A stretch of DNA of 64,000 nt from an uncultured Planctomycetaceae bacterium (GTDB lineage: Bacteria > Planctomycetota > Planctomycetia > Planctomycetales > Planctomycetaceae): assembly GCA_963813715.1 (NCBI GenBank), contig CAWFAK010000005.1, forward strand, positions 352,001 through 416,000, written 5' to 3'. Both the position numbers and the translations under genes were made by a program. Below the pieces are notes generated by a model, which had not been told where the DNA came from, made no database searches, and worked only from the letters and a program-made list of their open reading frames with translations. This document shows, one piece after another, positions 1 through 12,409 of the stretch. Position 1 is the first letter of the stretch. Each line of letters opens with the position of its first letter.

Positions 1-3000
1 GTTGCTCCAGTCGATTTCCGCCTGCGGCACCGCCGCTTGCAGCAGATCGAACAGCCGCTCGAGCAGTTCGGCCTCCCAGCGGATCCGCTTGCCGCTGGGA
101 AAACCTTTGCGGGACACGTGCCATTTGCGACCGAGCACCTTCCAGGGCGTGAGTTCGGCCGGATTGAGCTGCTTGCGGTTAATCGCATCCTGGAACGCGT
201 CGGCCGCTTTCGCCAGGAATTTCTCGAAGGCCGGCGTTTCGATCTCTTTGAGCCAGTGCACAGTCACGGCGACTTCCTGCCATGCGCCCTTCACATTGCG
301 CACGCGCACGCGATCGGATCGGCCGTAGACAGGCAACTCGTCGAGATCGTCGAGCGACTTGAGAGCCAACTGCTGTGGCAATCGTTCCTGGTCGAACGTC
401 TTTTTGGGTACGCGGAACCGCAGCGTGAGCAGCCACTCGTCGCCCGTGAGCGCGTGCAGGAACCAGACGCCGGTCCGCTCGGTGCCGGTGATTTCCACGA
501 CCGAACGGTCGTTCCAGTTGGCCGGGGCGAATCCCGGGCGGGCCTCGATCCAGTCGACGACCTTTTCGAGCGCGGCCGCTTCCCATCGCGGCGGCTTCCC
601 GTTGTGGGCCACGTGGTCGACGGTATGCCAGCGGCGGCCGTCGGTCTGCCAGGGCATCTTCGATTCGCGGCCCACCTCGCGCAGGTCGAGGTCGCCTTCG
701 CGCTTGGCCGCGGCTTCGGCGGCGCTGAAATACTTCTCGCTCGGTGCGAGTGCCCGACTTGAGAACGGGAGCCAAAAACTCGCCCGTGTGCGAGCGAAGC
801 CCGCCCGCCGCCATTTTTCCCGCTCGTCCTTTTTCAGCTCCTTCGCCCGGGCGACGACGTCTTCGGGAGTGCCGGTCGCCACGATCTGCCCGCCCTCGTC
901 ACCTGCTTCGGGACCGACGTCGATGATCCAGTCGGCCGTCTTGATCACGTCGAGATTGTGCTCGATGACCACGACGGTATTGCCCTGCTCGACGAGGCTG
1001 TTCAGCACCTTGAGTAGCTTGTCGATATCGTCGAAGTGCAGACCGGTGGTGGGTTCGTCCAGGATGTACAGCGTTTGACCCGTGTCGGGCCGCGGCCAGT
1101 TCGGCGGCTAGCTTCACCCGTTGCGCCTCGCCGCCGGAGAGCGTGGGGGCCGGTTGGCCGAGGGTGAGATAGTCGAGGCCGATCGCGCAGAGCGTCGCCA
1201 GGTAACGGCGGATCCGCGGAATGTTCTCGAACACCTCGAGCGCCTGACCGATCGGCAATTCGAGGACGTCGGCAATCGAGCGGCCGCGGTATTGGACGGC
1301 CAGCGTCTCGCGATTGTAGCGCTTGCCGCGACACGTTTCGCACTCGACCCAAACGTCGGGCAGAAAGTGCATCTGGATGCACTTCTGGCCGTTGCCTTCG
1401 CAATCGTCGCAGCGCCCGCCCGGCCGATTGAAACTGAACCGCGCCGGCCGATAGCCGCGGACCTTGGCCTCGGGCAGCCGCGCGAACAACTCGCGAATAG
1501 AATCGAACACGCCCGTATAAGTCGCCGGGTTGGACGCGGGCGTGTTTCCCAGCGGCTGCTGATCGACGATGATCACCTTGTTGATGAGCTCGAGCCCGGT
1601 CAGATCGTCGTACGGGCCGGGCGTTTCGCCCGCGCGATTGAGCTTTTTCGACACGGCTCGCGCCAGCGTGTCCTCGATCAGCGAACTCTTGCCCGATCCC
1701 GACACGCCCGTCACGCAGACGAAGGTGCCGAGCGGAATCCGCAGGTCGACGCCACGCAGGTTGTTGAGGCGGGCCCCTTTCAGCTCGATCCAGCCACCGC
1801 CCGGCGGAAGGTCGGCGTCGGCCGAGATGCGGCGGCTCGCCGGAATCGGAATTTCTTTGCGGCCGGAAAGATACTGCCCGGTGAGCGATGCGGCCGACCG
1901 CGTGACGGCCGCCGGCGTTCCCTGCGCGGTGATCGTTCCGCCAAAGCGACCGGCACCCGGGCCGAAATCGTAGAGCCGGTCGGCGGCCTGGATTACCTCC
2001 CGATCGTGCTCGACCATCACGACTGTGTTGCCGAGGTCGCGCAGCCGCCGGAGCGCCTCCAGCAGCCGGTCGTTGTCGCGCGGGTGCAGGCCGATCGTCG
2101 GCTCATCGAGCACGTAGAGCACGCCCGTCAGCGCGCGGCCGATCTGGCCCGCCAGGCGAATGCGTTGCGTCTCCCCGCCCGACAGCGTCGGCAAGGGTCG
2201 AGCCAACGTGAGATAGTCGAGGCCGACGTCGACCAGAAATCCCAGTCGGCTCGTTGCTTCATTGATCAGGTCCCCGGCCACTTTTTTCTGTGCCGCCGAC
2301 AGCGGGATCCCCTTGAGGAAGGCCAGCGTTTCGTTGAGCGGCAGCGAGCACAGCTGATGGACGGTGCGATCGAGGAACCGCACCGCGGCCGCGTCGGCCC
2401 GCAGCCGGCTGCCGCCGCACCAGGAACAGGGAACCTCGCCGACCAGCTCGTGCAGCTTCTGGCGGTAGGCGTAGGAAACGCGGGACGATTCCTCGATCGC
2501 CGGGAACAGACCCTTGTATTGGAATTTCCAATCGGATTTTTTGCCGACGGTGATCCAGCGGTCGCCCGTTCCGTGCAGCACCAATCGTTGCTGCGTTGGC
2601 TCGAGCCGCTCAAAGGGGACATCGAGCGGGACCTTGAACTGCCGGGCCCAGGCGTCGAGCATCTTGGCAAACAGCGGATTCTGCTCGGGGTTGGGCCACG
2701 CCGCAATCGCCCCGGCCGAGAGCGGCCGTTTGCCGTCCGCGATCAGCGCGGTGAGATTCGTGCCTTGCTCGGTCCCCAATCCCTCGCACGACGGGCACCA
2801 GCCGAGCGGACTGTTGAAGGAGAAACTGTTCGGCGTCAGTTCTTCAAAGCTGCGGCCGCACTGATGACAGGCGAAATGCAGGCTGTAACGATCGACGATC
2901 CATTCCTCGTCGGGAAGCGAATCGTCGACGCGGGCCACATAGATCGCACCGCGGCCCAGGTCGAGGGCCGTTTCAATCGAGCCGGCGATCCGCGAGCGGG

Positions 3001-6000
3001 CCTTGGGATCGACGGCGATGCGGTCGATCACGATTTCGACGGCGTGCTTGCGGCGGCGATCGATCTGCGGCACATCCTCCAGCCGATAGATCTTGCCGTC
3101 GATCCGCACCCGCAAGAATCCCTGCAGCTGCACGCGCTGCCAAAGCGTGTCGTAGCTCTGCCCGACCGTGACTTCCTGTGGAGCGAGCAAAATCAGCCGA
3201 GTTCCGGCCGGAAGCGTCAGCAGCTTGTCGACAATCTGGTCCGACGTCTGCGTCTCGACGGGAATTCCGCAGTCGGGGCAATAGAGCTTGCCGAGACGTG
3301 CGTAGAGAATTCGCAGGTAGTCGTAGATTTCGGTGACGGTACCGACCGTCGAGCGGGGCGTGTGGCCGGAGGCCTTTTGTTCGATGGCAATCGCCGGCGA
3401 AAGGCCGTGAATGTGGTCGACCCTGGGCTTGGGCATCTGCCCGAGAAATTGGCGGGCGTAGGCGGAGAGTGATTCGACGTAACGCCGCTGACCTTCCGCG
3501 TAGAGCGTATCCATCGCCAGGGATGACTTGCCGCTCCCGCTGGGACCGCAGAAGACGCTCATCTTTTCCCGCGGCACTCGCACGTCGAGGTGCTGCAAAT
3601 TGTGCTGGGCGGCCCCGCGAATCACGATCTCCGTTGTCGACGCACCGTCGCCACCGTTCGCGTCCGCCGCGTCGGCAAACTGCCAGCGGCCTGCGGGGAT
3701 CGATGCGGCGGCAATGCCCGCGGTCTTGCCTTTCTTGGCAGACGGCTTGGCCGTCGCGGTCGTTGCCGAGCGCGTGGCGGGCAGAACCTCGCGGAGGGCC
3801 TGGCCGGTGTAGGACTCGGGCAGGCGGCCACGTCTTCGGGCGTTCCCGCGATCACGATCTGGCCGCCGCCCGAGCCGCCGTCGGGCCCCAGGTCGATAAC
3901 CCAGTCGGCCGTTTTGATCACGTCGAGGTTGTGTTCGACGACCACCACCGTATTACCCGCGTCGACAAACCCGTGCAGCACCTCCAACAGCTTCTGAATG
4001 TCGGCGAAGTGCAGCCCCGTCGTCGGCTCGTCCAGCAGATAGAGCGTGCGGCCCGTGGACCGCTTGCCCAGTTCGCGGGCCAGCTTGATTCGTTGCGCCT
4101 CGCCGCCGGAGAGCGTCGGCGACGGCTGCCCCAGCTTGATGTAGTCGAGGCCGACGTCGTGCAGCGTTTGCAACAGCGTGGTGATGTTCGGAATGTTCTT
4201 GAAGTGCTCGAGTGCCTCTTGCACGTCCATCTCGAGGATTTCGGCGATCGTCTTTCCTTTGTAACGCACCTCGAGCGTTTCTCGCTTGAAGCGGGCCCCC
4301 TGGCAGACGGGACAGGTCACCCACACATCGGCGAGGAAATCCATCTCCAGGCGATTCGCACCCCGACCTTCGCACGCCTCGCAGCGGCCGTCGGCGACGT
4401 TGAAGCTGAAGCGGCCCGGCTTGAAGCCGCGCATCTTCGATTCGGGCAACTGCGCGAACAGGTCGCGAATCAGGTCGAAGAGCTTGACGTACGTGGCCGG
4501 ATTGGACCGGGGCGTCCGGCCGATGGGCGATTGGTCGATGTCGATGGCTTTGTCGAGCTGATCGAGACCGGTGATTTTGCCATGCGCGCCGGGCCGTCCT
4601 TTGCCCTTGTTCAAATCGCGGTTGAGGGCTTCCCAAAGAATGTCGTTGACGAGCGAGCTCTTGCCCGACCCGCTGACGCCCGTAACGCAGATGAAATTCT
4701 CCAGCGGGAATGTGACGTCGACGTTGCGCAGGTTGTTGTGCCGCGCTCCGGTGATTTTGAGCGACTTCTTGCCGCGCGGCCGTCGCTGGGCCGGAATCGG
4801 GATGACCAGGTCGCCCGAGAGGTATTTTCCGGTGAGGCTCTTGGGCTCCTTGCGGAGATCCTCGACGGTCCCTTGCGCGACGACCTCGCCGCCGCGAACT
4901 CCGGGCCCGGGTCCGAAGTCGACCACGTGGTCGGCTGCCCGCATCGTTTCTTCGTCGTGCTCGACCACGATGACAGTGTTTCCCTGGTCGCGCAGGTTCT
5001 TGAGACTGTCCAAAAGTAGCGAGTTGTCGCGCGGGTGCAGGCCGATCGAGGGCTCGTCGAGAATGTAGACCACGCCCACCAATCCGCAGCCGATCTGGGC
5101 CGCCAGACGAATGCGCTGCGTCTCGCCGCCGGACAAGGTCGGCGCGCTGCGCTCGAGCGTGAGATAATCGAGGCCGCAGCGCAGCAGAAACCCGAGCCGC
5201 GCCGCGGATCTCCTTGAGCGCCTCGGCCGCGATCATCTGCCGGGTTTCGTCCAGATCGAGCGATTGAAAGAAGGCGAAGGCATCGCGAATGCTCAGATTG
5301 CAGACGTCGGGCAGACTGAGCAGGGTTGGCCGCTTCGAGGCGCGGAACGATTCGCTACTGGAGGCGATGCGCACACTGCGAGCCTGCGGGTTGAGCCGCG
5401 TCCCCTGGCAATCGGTGCAGGGGACAATTTCCATGTATTTTTCGAGCTGCCGCCGGCGCATGATGTTCTTCGCCTTGCGGTAGCTCTCCAGCAGGTCGGC
5501 AATGACGCCGGCGAACGTGCCGCCGTGCTTCCACACGCCGCCCGAATAGCGCCACGAATAGGTGATGTGCCGCTCGCCAGTCCCTTGCAAGAACTGCGTC
5601 TGGGCCTCGGCCGGCAAGTCGCGCCACGGAGTTTTGAGCAGCGTGTCTTCGGGGAGCCCCAGGTCCTTCTCGATCGAGTTGGCGACTCCTTTATAAATGT
5701 GCTTGCGCCAACGTCCGATCTTACCGATCGGGCCGATCACCTCGATCGCTCCCTGCCAGAGCGATTTCGAGTCCTCGGGAATCAGCCGGTCGAGCAGGAA
5801 GTCGTGCCGCACGCCCAGGCCATTGCACTTGGGGCACATGCCGAGTGGGCTGTTGAAGCTGAAGAGTTGGGGCGTCGGCGGTTCGTAGCTGATGCCGCAA
5901 TGCGTGCAGGCGTATTGCGAACTGTAACGATGCTCGACGGCGGTCGGCTCTTCGGCCTCGCTCGGCCGTTGCCCGCGCTGGCCGCCGTTGGTGGGCGACT

Positions 6001-6715
6001 CTTGCGTGACCACCAGCGTTCCCGCGGAAAGCTTGAGGGCCGTCTCGACCGAATCGGTGAGTCGCGTGCGGGAGACCTCTCCGGCCACCAGGCGATCGAC
6101 GATCACCTCGATGGTGTGTCGCATCTGGCGGTCGAGCCGCAGATTGTCGGTGAGCTGGACCGTGCGGCCGTCGACGCGTGCCCGCAGAAAGCCCTGGCGT
6201 CGCAGGTCCTCGAAGAGGTCCTGGTATTCCCCCTTCTGCTGCTGAATCACGGGGGCCAGAAGCTGAATCCGCGTCCCCTGGGGAATGCGGGAGACGTGCT
6301 CGATGATCTGTTCGACCGTCTGGGCCGTGATTTGCCGCCCGCAATTCGCGCAGAACCCGGTGCCGACGCGGGCAAACAGCACCCGCAAGTAATCGTAGAT
6401 CTCGGTGATCGTGCCGACGGTGCTGCGGGGATTGCGTCCGCTGGCCTTTTGCTGGATCGAGATCGACGGCGCCAGGCCGCTGACCGAATCGACCTCGGGC
6501 TTGGGCATCTGGCCGAGAAACTGGCGGGCGTAGCTGGACAGCGACTCGACGTACCGTCGCTGTCCCTCGGCATACAGCGTGTCGAACGCGAGCGAGCTCT
6601 TCCCGGAGCCGCTCACGCCGGTCATGCAGATCAGCCGGTTGCGCGGCAAGCGGAGGTTGACGTTTCGCAGGTTATGCTCGCGGGCTCCGCGAATGATGAT
6701 GTCGGAAGCAGGCAT
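1..6715 (-). CDS. uvrA: Double-length excinuclease ABC subunit A (two UvrA units in tandem) plus a C-terminal extension; runs off the left edge; about 5 apparent frameshifts (~5200, ~3815, ~1095, ~815, ~732)
   Basis: N-terminus [69 protein letters not shown] second copy starts at ~3625 (IRGAAQHNL...[34 protein letters not shown]). Four Walker A motifs, four LSGGE signatures and CxxC zinc modules. After correcting the ~3815 shift, an Ala-rich linker reads in frame into the second unit. Confidence 0.93.
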
Positions 6716-6875
6716 ACGTGCGAAACCGCCAAACTCCGTTTAAGGATCGACAGGCTGTCCGCCCGCAGGCGCGAGCAGGAGACAGGAATCTAACGCGCCG
6801 TCAGCCTCGAGCACCGCAGCACCGGGAGAAAACGTTCCGGTCGACTTTCTTCGCCGACCGGCGACGCTGGGCAAC

Positions 6876-7235
6876 TCATCCGGCCGGCTCGGTCGGGCCT
6901 GGCTCGTCCGGGGGCGATTCTCGATTCCAACTCACCGACGGAAAATCACGATCGTCAGCACTCGCTGGTGGAGCGGGTTTGACCGGTGGATGAACGGGGA
7001 TGTCAGTCGGGAAATCGGCCAGTTCCGACTCTTCGCCCTCCGAGCCGGACGGCTCGGGCACACGGACGGTCGGCTTGGGTCGTGGCAACTCGACCAACCG
7101 CATCGACACCCCCTCGCGCGTGCAATTGCAGAGGCGGGCCGTGGCTTGGCCTTCCGATCGCAGCTGTCGATGACACTCGGGACATTCCCAAACTCGGCGA
7201 ACATCCAAGTCCAACCGCATCCCCGGACCCTTCAT
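6876..7235 (-). CDS. Small hypothetical protein with a zinc-ribbon-like Cys motif and a Pro/acidic tail
   Basis: MKGPGMRLDLDVRRVWECPECHRQLRSEGQATARLCNC (CxxC...CxC); GGGGGAG RBS-like sequence upstream; co-oriented upstream of uvrA. Confidence 0.7.
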   Translation of the reverse strand: MKGPGMRLDLDVRRVWECPECHRQLRSEGQATARLCNCTREGVSMRLVELPRPKPTVRVPEPSGSEGEESELADFPTDIPVHPPVKPAPPASADDRDFPSVSWNRESPPDEPGPTEPAG

Positions 7236-7490
7236 GGCTCCCCCTTCTTGCCAAGCGGCCGCTAGATACCGATGCTCGAAATCGGTTCCCCAATTTTAGG
7301 CCGCGGGGGCGTCGGGGCCAATTGAGCGCCAAACGCCTAGCCGATCGGCACCACGACTCTTGGAGCCATCCTCAGCGATCCACCAAGCGACGGAACCTGC
7401 CAAGCCCGGTTCGCTCGGATTTGCCCCTGCCACTATCATTCATTCGAGCACAGGACTCTGGCTGTTCACGTCGTTTGAGCGGACCCTTTG

Positions 7491-8234
7491 ATGCCGTCGG
7501 AGAAGACCGAAGCCCTCGTCATCCGGTTAGCTGACTTCAGCGAGACCAGCCGCGTGGTGACGCTCTTTACGGAGGATTTTGGGCGAATATCGGCCTTGGC
7601 GAAGGGGGGTAAACGGCTGAAAGGGCCCTTCGATGCTGCTCTTGACCTGCTCTCGGTTTGTGAGATAGTGTTCCTCCGCAAATCGTCGCCGGGGCTGGAC
7701 ATATTGACGGAAGCCCGGCTCATTTCTCGTTTCCGGCCGCAGGGCCGGGAGTTGGCTCGGTTCTACGGAGGCTATTACGTCGCCGAACTACTTTCGGGAC
7801 TGACAGCCGAGGTCGACCCGCACCCGCAACTCTTTCGCGAATCCATCCAAACCCTGGAACGACTTCAGGAGGCGGATCCCAAAATCACAATCCTGCGCTT
7901 CGAGCTGGCCACCCTCCGCGAAATCGGCCAACTTCCCGCTTTCGATGTCTGTGTCGGGTGCGGGCGGGCCGCTGAGAGCGGAGGGACATGGTCATTTTCG
8001 GTGTCGCAGGGCGGTTTGTTGTGTCCCAACTGTGGAAAGGAGTCCACTGCTCGAGTTCGCATTTCGGCGGGAACGGCCGCCGTTTTGCGTCGGTTGGCCG
8101 AAGAATCGGGCGCGGTTGTCGGCCGCCTGGCCCTTTCGCCCCGACAGTTCCAGGAAGCGCGGGAGGTCGTAACGGCCGCCATCTCCCACGCACTCGGACA
8201 TCCCCCCAAAATGCTCCGCTACATTTCGATCTGA
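7491..8234 (+). CDS. recO: DNA repair protein RecO
   Basis: EKTEALVIRLADFSETSRVVTLFTEDFGRISALAKGGKR OB-fold N-terminus; C4 zinc finger CVGC...CPNC. Confidence 0.92.
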   Translation: MPSEKTEALVIRLADFSETSRVVTLFTEDFGRISALAKGGKRLKGPFDAALDLLSVCEIVFLRKSSPGLDILTEARLISRFRPQGRELARFYGGYYVAELLSGLTAEVDPHPQLFRESIQTLERLQEADPKITILRFELATLREIGQLPAFDVCVGCGRAAESGGTWSFSVSQGGLLCPNCGKESTARVRISAGTAAVLRRLAEESGAVVGRLALSPRQFQEAREVVTAAISHALGHPPKMLRYISI

Positions 8235-8341
8235 CCCCCAGGATTTCGGGCCGTTGGATTTCGAATTGAAGAAAGCGAACGCGGAATCTCTTCTCCCTTC
8301 CCCTGAGCTTCTTCGCTTCCTTTCCTCAAAAGCAGTCACGG

Positions 8342-9709
8342 ATGACGACTTGTCCCCCTGTTCGTCGGCGGCACGCATGCCGGGCCGCGACACGTAGCCG
8401 CGCGCTTTGGGCGATCGCGGTTTGCGTGGTGCTGGCGGGCTGTCAGACGCCGGGAATCGACGCTTCGTCCCTTTCGAAGAAGGACGATGCGCAACTCCAG
8501 CAGATGACGAGCACCGATGAAATCCACGGCCCGATGGAGCGATTCGCCATCGCCACGGGCATCAAGGACGGGGAAAAGAACAAGAAGCGGCAGCTCGTCA
8601 ATCCGCCGGACGCCATGGCCGCCTATCACCGCGGCGAAGAGCTGTTCAAGGAGAAGCGATACGTCGAGGCCGAGCAGGTGTTTTGGAAGGACACCGCGGA
8701 AAAATTCGCCGTCTACCCGATCCGCGAAGACGCACTGTTCATGACGGGCGAATGTACTGTTCCTACAACAGCTCTATCCGAAGGCCCAGGACAAATACGA
8801 CCTGTGCATCAAGGAGTTCTCGGCGACGCGGCATTTGGATGAGATCAGCCGCCGCAAATTCGAAATGGCCCGTGTCTGGTTGAAATTTCCGGACAACATC
8901 ACGGCCAAGGACGTGAGGCCGGTGAATTTCGACGATCCGGGAAGGAACCCGCCGCCGCAGACGGCCTGGCAGGAACCGAGCGATTTGACCTACAAGATCC
9001 CGATTCTTCCCAATTTGAGCGACCACACGCGACCGACGTTCGACACCGAAGGGCCGGGCGCTCGAGGCGTTGAAATCGATCTGGCTCAACGATCCGACGG
9101 GTCCGCTTGGCCGACGACGCCATCATGCTGTCGGCCAGCTATTACCTCCGCAAAGGGGATTACACGGAAGCCGACCACTTGTACGAGCTCTTGCGGAAGG
9201 AGTTTCCCAAGAGTCCGCACGTCGAAAACGCCTACGTGCTGGGCGCCTACGTGAAGTTGATGGAATACCAGGGTCCGGAGTATGACCCGACCCCGATCCG
9301 CGAAGCCAAAAAGCTGCGGGAAGCGACCATCCGCCTGTATCCCAACAATCCGGAGCGGGCGCGGTTTGAGGCCGAACTCAAGAAAATGGAGCTGGCGGAA
9401 GCCGCTCAAATTTGGGCCGACGCTCAATACTGGAAGGCCAAAGGCAAGCCGAAGGGCACCGCCATCTATTGCAAAGAGTTGATCAAGAAATATCCGCACA
9501 GCGATTTCGCGGTGAAGGCGCGCGAGGAATTGGCCAAGATCAAGCCCGACGACAAACAGGAGCCCGCGCCGCAGAAGAAGTACGAAGAAACGCCCAAGAC
9601 CGGCAAGGCCGCCGTCGGCGATACGCCGGGCGTCTTCGAGGATCCGGTCGCGCCGCCGCCCAAGAAGGGGCCGCAGGTGATCGACAACTTTGGCGTCAAT
9701 CCAACCTGA
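8342..9709 (+). CDS. bamD: BamD-like TPR outer-membrane assembly lipoprotein (frameshifts at ~8757, ~9057, ~9110)
   Basis: Lipobox VLAGC; helical TPR segments (AYHRGEELFKEKRYVEAE; ADDAIMLSASYYLRKGDYTEADHLYELLRKEFPKS; AIYCKELIKKYPHSDFAVKAREEL); lies between recO and lptE. Confidence 0.7.
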
Positions 9710-9747
9710 AACCGTCCGACCTAAGCCCGTCTGATTCCAAGACTGTC

Positions 9748-10314
9748 ATGAGGCTCGTACCGCTCATTTGTCGCCGAAAGATGCTCCCCGCCGGCTTGCG
9801 GGGACGCACGCTGGCGAGCATCGTCTGGGCGGTCGCGCTCCTGGCCAGCGGCTGCGGTTACACGATCGGCAACGCATTCCAGGGGAACGTCAAGTCGGTC
9901 TACGTGCCGATCGCCACGTCCGACGACTTCCGCCGCGGTTACGAGTTTCAGTTGACCGAGTCGGTGCTGACGCAGATCAAGGAGCGGACGCCGTTCCGCA
10001 TCGCCAAAGACGATGCCGCCGACACCAAGCTGACGATGAAGATCAAGAGCATCCGCAAGACCGTGATGGGCACGACGGCCGACAACGACCCGCGCGAACT
10101 GCAGGTTCAATTTGCCGTCGACGTCGTCTGGGAAGATCTCCGCACGGGGCGCATCTTGGCGCAGCGACAGGTGTCGCTCGAGCCGGAAGTCTCGCACCTG
10201 TTCGCGACCGCCGAAATGGCCCCCGAAGTGGGCCAGTCGCTGACGACCGCCACGCAGACGGCGATGAACGGCATGGCGCGGCAGATCGTCGACCTGATGG
10301 AAGCCCCCTGGTAA
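9748..10314 (+). CDS. lptE: LPS assembly lipoprotein LptE family (start 9748 or 9781)
   Basis: Lipobox LASGCGY, then VKSVYVPI...FRRGYEFQLTESVLTQIKERTPF...ADTKL, the LptE/RlpB pattern. Confidence 0.75.
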   Translation: MRLVPLICRRKMLPAGLRGRTLASIVWAVALLASGCGYTIGNAFQGNVKSVYVPIATSDDFRRGYEFQLTESVLTQIKERTPFRIAKDDAADTKLTMKIKSIRKTVMGTTADNDPRELQVQFAVDVVWEDLRTGRILAQRQVSLEPEVSHLFATAEMAPEVGQSLTTATQTAMNGMARQIVDLMEAPW

Positions 10315-10393
10315 GGACCGGGTTTCCCCTTGGTTTCGCCGCGTCGCTGGTATAGCCTCGACTATGCCGGCTGTTTGCCGCGGAGGTGACACG

Positions 10394-10762
10394 ATGCCCC
10401 AGACCCAGCGGATCACGACCTTCTCCGAATTCTGGCTCTATTATCTCCGTGAGCACAGCCGTCCGGCTTGCCGCGCGCTCCACTACGCGGGGACCGTCTG
10501 CTCGTTCGGAGCCATCGGCGCCGCCATCTTCGTTTCTCCCTGGTGGCTGTTGGCGGCGCCCGTCGTCGGCTACGGTCCGGCTTGGATCGGGCATTTCGTC
10601 ATCGAAAAGAACAAGCCGGCGACGTTCGGCTACCCGCTCTGGTCGCTGGTCTCCGACTACCGGATGGTCGGCCTCGCCGCGATCGGCCGCCTTGGGCCCG
10701 AACTCGACCGCGCGACGCATTCGTCCGCGGCTCCGGCCGCCGAGCTCTCGCGGGCCGTCTGA
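10394..10762 (+). CDS. DUF962 / Mpo1-like membrane protein
   Basis: FSEFWLYYLREHSRPACRALHYAG...GYGPAWIGHFVIEKNKPATFGYPLWSLVSDYRM; GGAGG RBS at 10382. Confidence 0.85.
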   Translation: MPQTQRITTFSEFWLYYLREHSRPACRALHYAGTVCSFGAIGAAIFVSPWWLLAAPVVGYGPAWIGHFVIEKNKPATFGYPLWSLVSDYRMVGLAAIGRLGPELDRATHSSAAPAAELSRAV

Positions 10763-10890
10763 GCCGCCTAATGCGACTTCCACTCGCCGCACGCGGGACG
10801 CGTTCTTGCACCCCGGCGACGAACGCGGCAGTGCGAACGTCTGCCGCACGCCGGTCGACGAGCTGGCCCAGACCGCTCGTTTAAAACAAC

Positions 10891-10919
10891 TTGACCGGTT
10901 TTCGCACCTGTCTTATAGT
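10891..10919 (+). promoter_or_regulatory. Putative sigma70 promoter for the PPIase gene
   Basis: TTGACC (10891-96), 17 nt spacer, TATAGT (10914-19), about 80 nt before the ATG at 11002. Confidence 0.5.
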
Positions 10920-11001
10920 CCCGCCCCCTCGCAACCGACCTCTCAACCGTCGGCGGCATGGAGGCTGCGGACAAAACCCTGCATTCCGGAGTACAGGTGC
11001 G

Positions 11002-12140
11002 ATGAGCGTTTCGACCCAAACAAATCCGTCCAATAATTCGCGCTCCAATCGCGCGAGAGCGGCCTGGATCGCGGCAGGAACGGCTGTCGTCGTGGTCGTG
11101 GCTGCGGTGGCTTTTCAGTTCCTGCGGCCCCGCGAAGGAGCGGCCGGGGAAAACGCGCCCGGAAACGGGCCGCGCTGCGGTGAACTCGGGCATCAGCAAA
11201 CAGCCGCTGGCCCGCGTCAACGGCGAACTGATCGCCTACGACACGGTGGCCGCCGAGTGCATGCAGCGCTACGGTGGGGAAGTTCTGGAAAGCTTCATCA
11301 ACCGCACCATCATCCATCAAGCCTGCGCCCGGCAGGGCATTGAGATCCGCGAGGACGAAGTTCGCGAAGAGATCGTCAAGATCGCCAAGAAATTCGACAT
11401 CGATCCGCAGAACTGGCTCCGCGTGATTCAGACCGAGCGGCACATGAGCCCGCTGCAATACGAGCAGGACGTGATCTGGCCCATGCTGGCTCTCAAGCGC
11501 TTGGCTGGCCAGGACGTTCAGGTGAACGAAGAAGAACTGCAGAAGATCTTCGTCCGCGACTACGGCGAACGGGTCAAGGCCCGCATGATCCTCTGCGACA
11601 AGCTGCACCGGGCGCAAGAGGCCTGGAACATGGTCAAGAACGATCCCCAGAACTTCGGCAAGATCGCCCGCGAGAAGTCGATCGATCCGACGAGCAAGTC
11701 GCTCGACGGACAGATTCAGCCGATCCGCCGCTTTGCCGGCAACGACAATCTCGAGCGGGAAGCGTTCAAGCTGAAGGATGGCGAGATCTCGGGAATCATC
11801 GACGTCAGCACGCCGGAAGCGCCGCGCTACGTCATCGTGCTCTGCGAAGGGCGCACGGTGCCCATCGTCAAGAACTCTCGATGATCCGGGCATTCGCAAA
11901 GAGGTCGTCAACCAGCTGACCGAAGAAAAGACACAAGTCGCCGTGGCCAAGGTCTTCGAGAAGCTCAAGAAGGATGCCCAAGTCGACAACTTCCTGTCCA
12001 ACACCTCCACGCGGGGCGTGATGCAAGCAGGCGGCACCTCCGAGGGCCGCGAGCGCGTGAGCCGCGCCGGCGGATATCGCACCCAAGGCGGAGCCATTGG
12101 CACCATCAACCGCTCCGCCGAAGCCGACGGCCAACAGTAA
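11002..12140 (+). CDS. Membrane-anchored PpiC/parvulin (SurA/PrsA-like) peptidyl-prolyl isomerase (frameshifts at ~11170, ~11875)
   Basis: N-terminal TM ([19 protein letters not shown]); [10 protein letters not shown]; rotamase core VKARMIL...[21 protein letters not shown]...[17 protein letters not shown]. Confidence 0.8.
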
Positions 12141-12409
12141 CGGCACGGGCCCGGGACTATCCGAGACGGCCGTGTCCGGACGTCCGCATTCGGACTTTCC
12201 GTCTCGACGACCGACGGTCTGCGAGTCGATTCAAGGCGGCGTGCTTTCCTCAGGGACTGCACGCCGCCTTTTTTACCACCGGGATTTGTCGTCCGCTTTT
12301 TGCGGTCCGTTTCGGCCCTGCTAGAATCGAGGGCGTCCGGGCAGAATTTGTTCCCTCGCGCCGCCTGCCACGCCACGCAACTTCTTCTTTAGCGGAATCG
12401 AACGCTCCG

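Noticed and set aside
1121..3472. Long antisense ORFs (also 19901-22684, 49343-51184, 52644-54836 and others)
   Set aside because: Shadow ORFs opposite well-supported genes, expected in high-GC DNA, with no recognisable motifs.
8342..12140. Pseudogenisation or programmed frameshifting of the bamD-like and PPIase genes
   Set aside because: No consistent slippery sites, and the same indel pattern occurs throughout the window.
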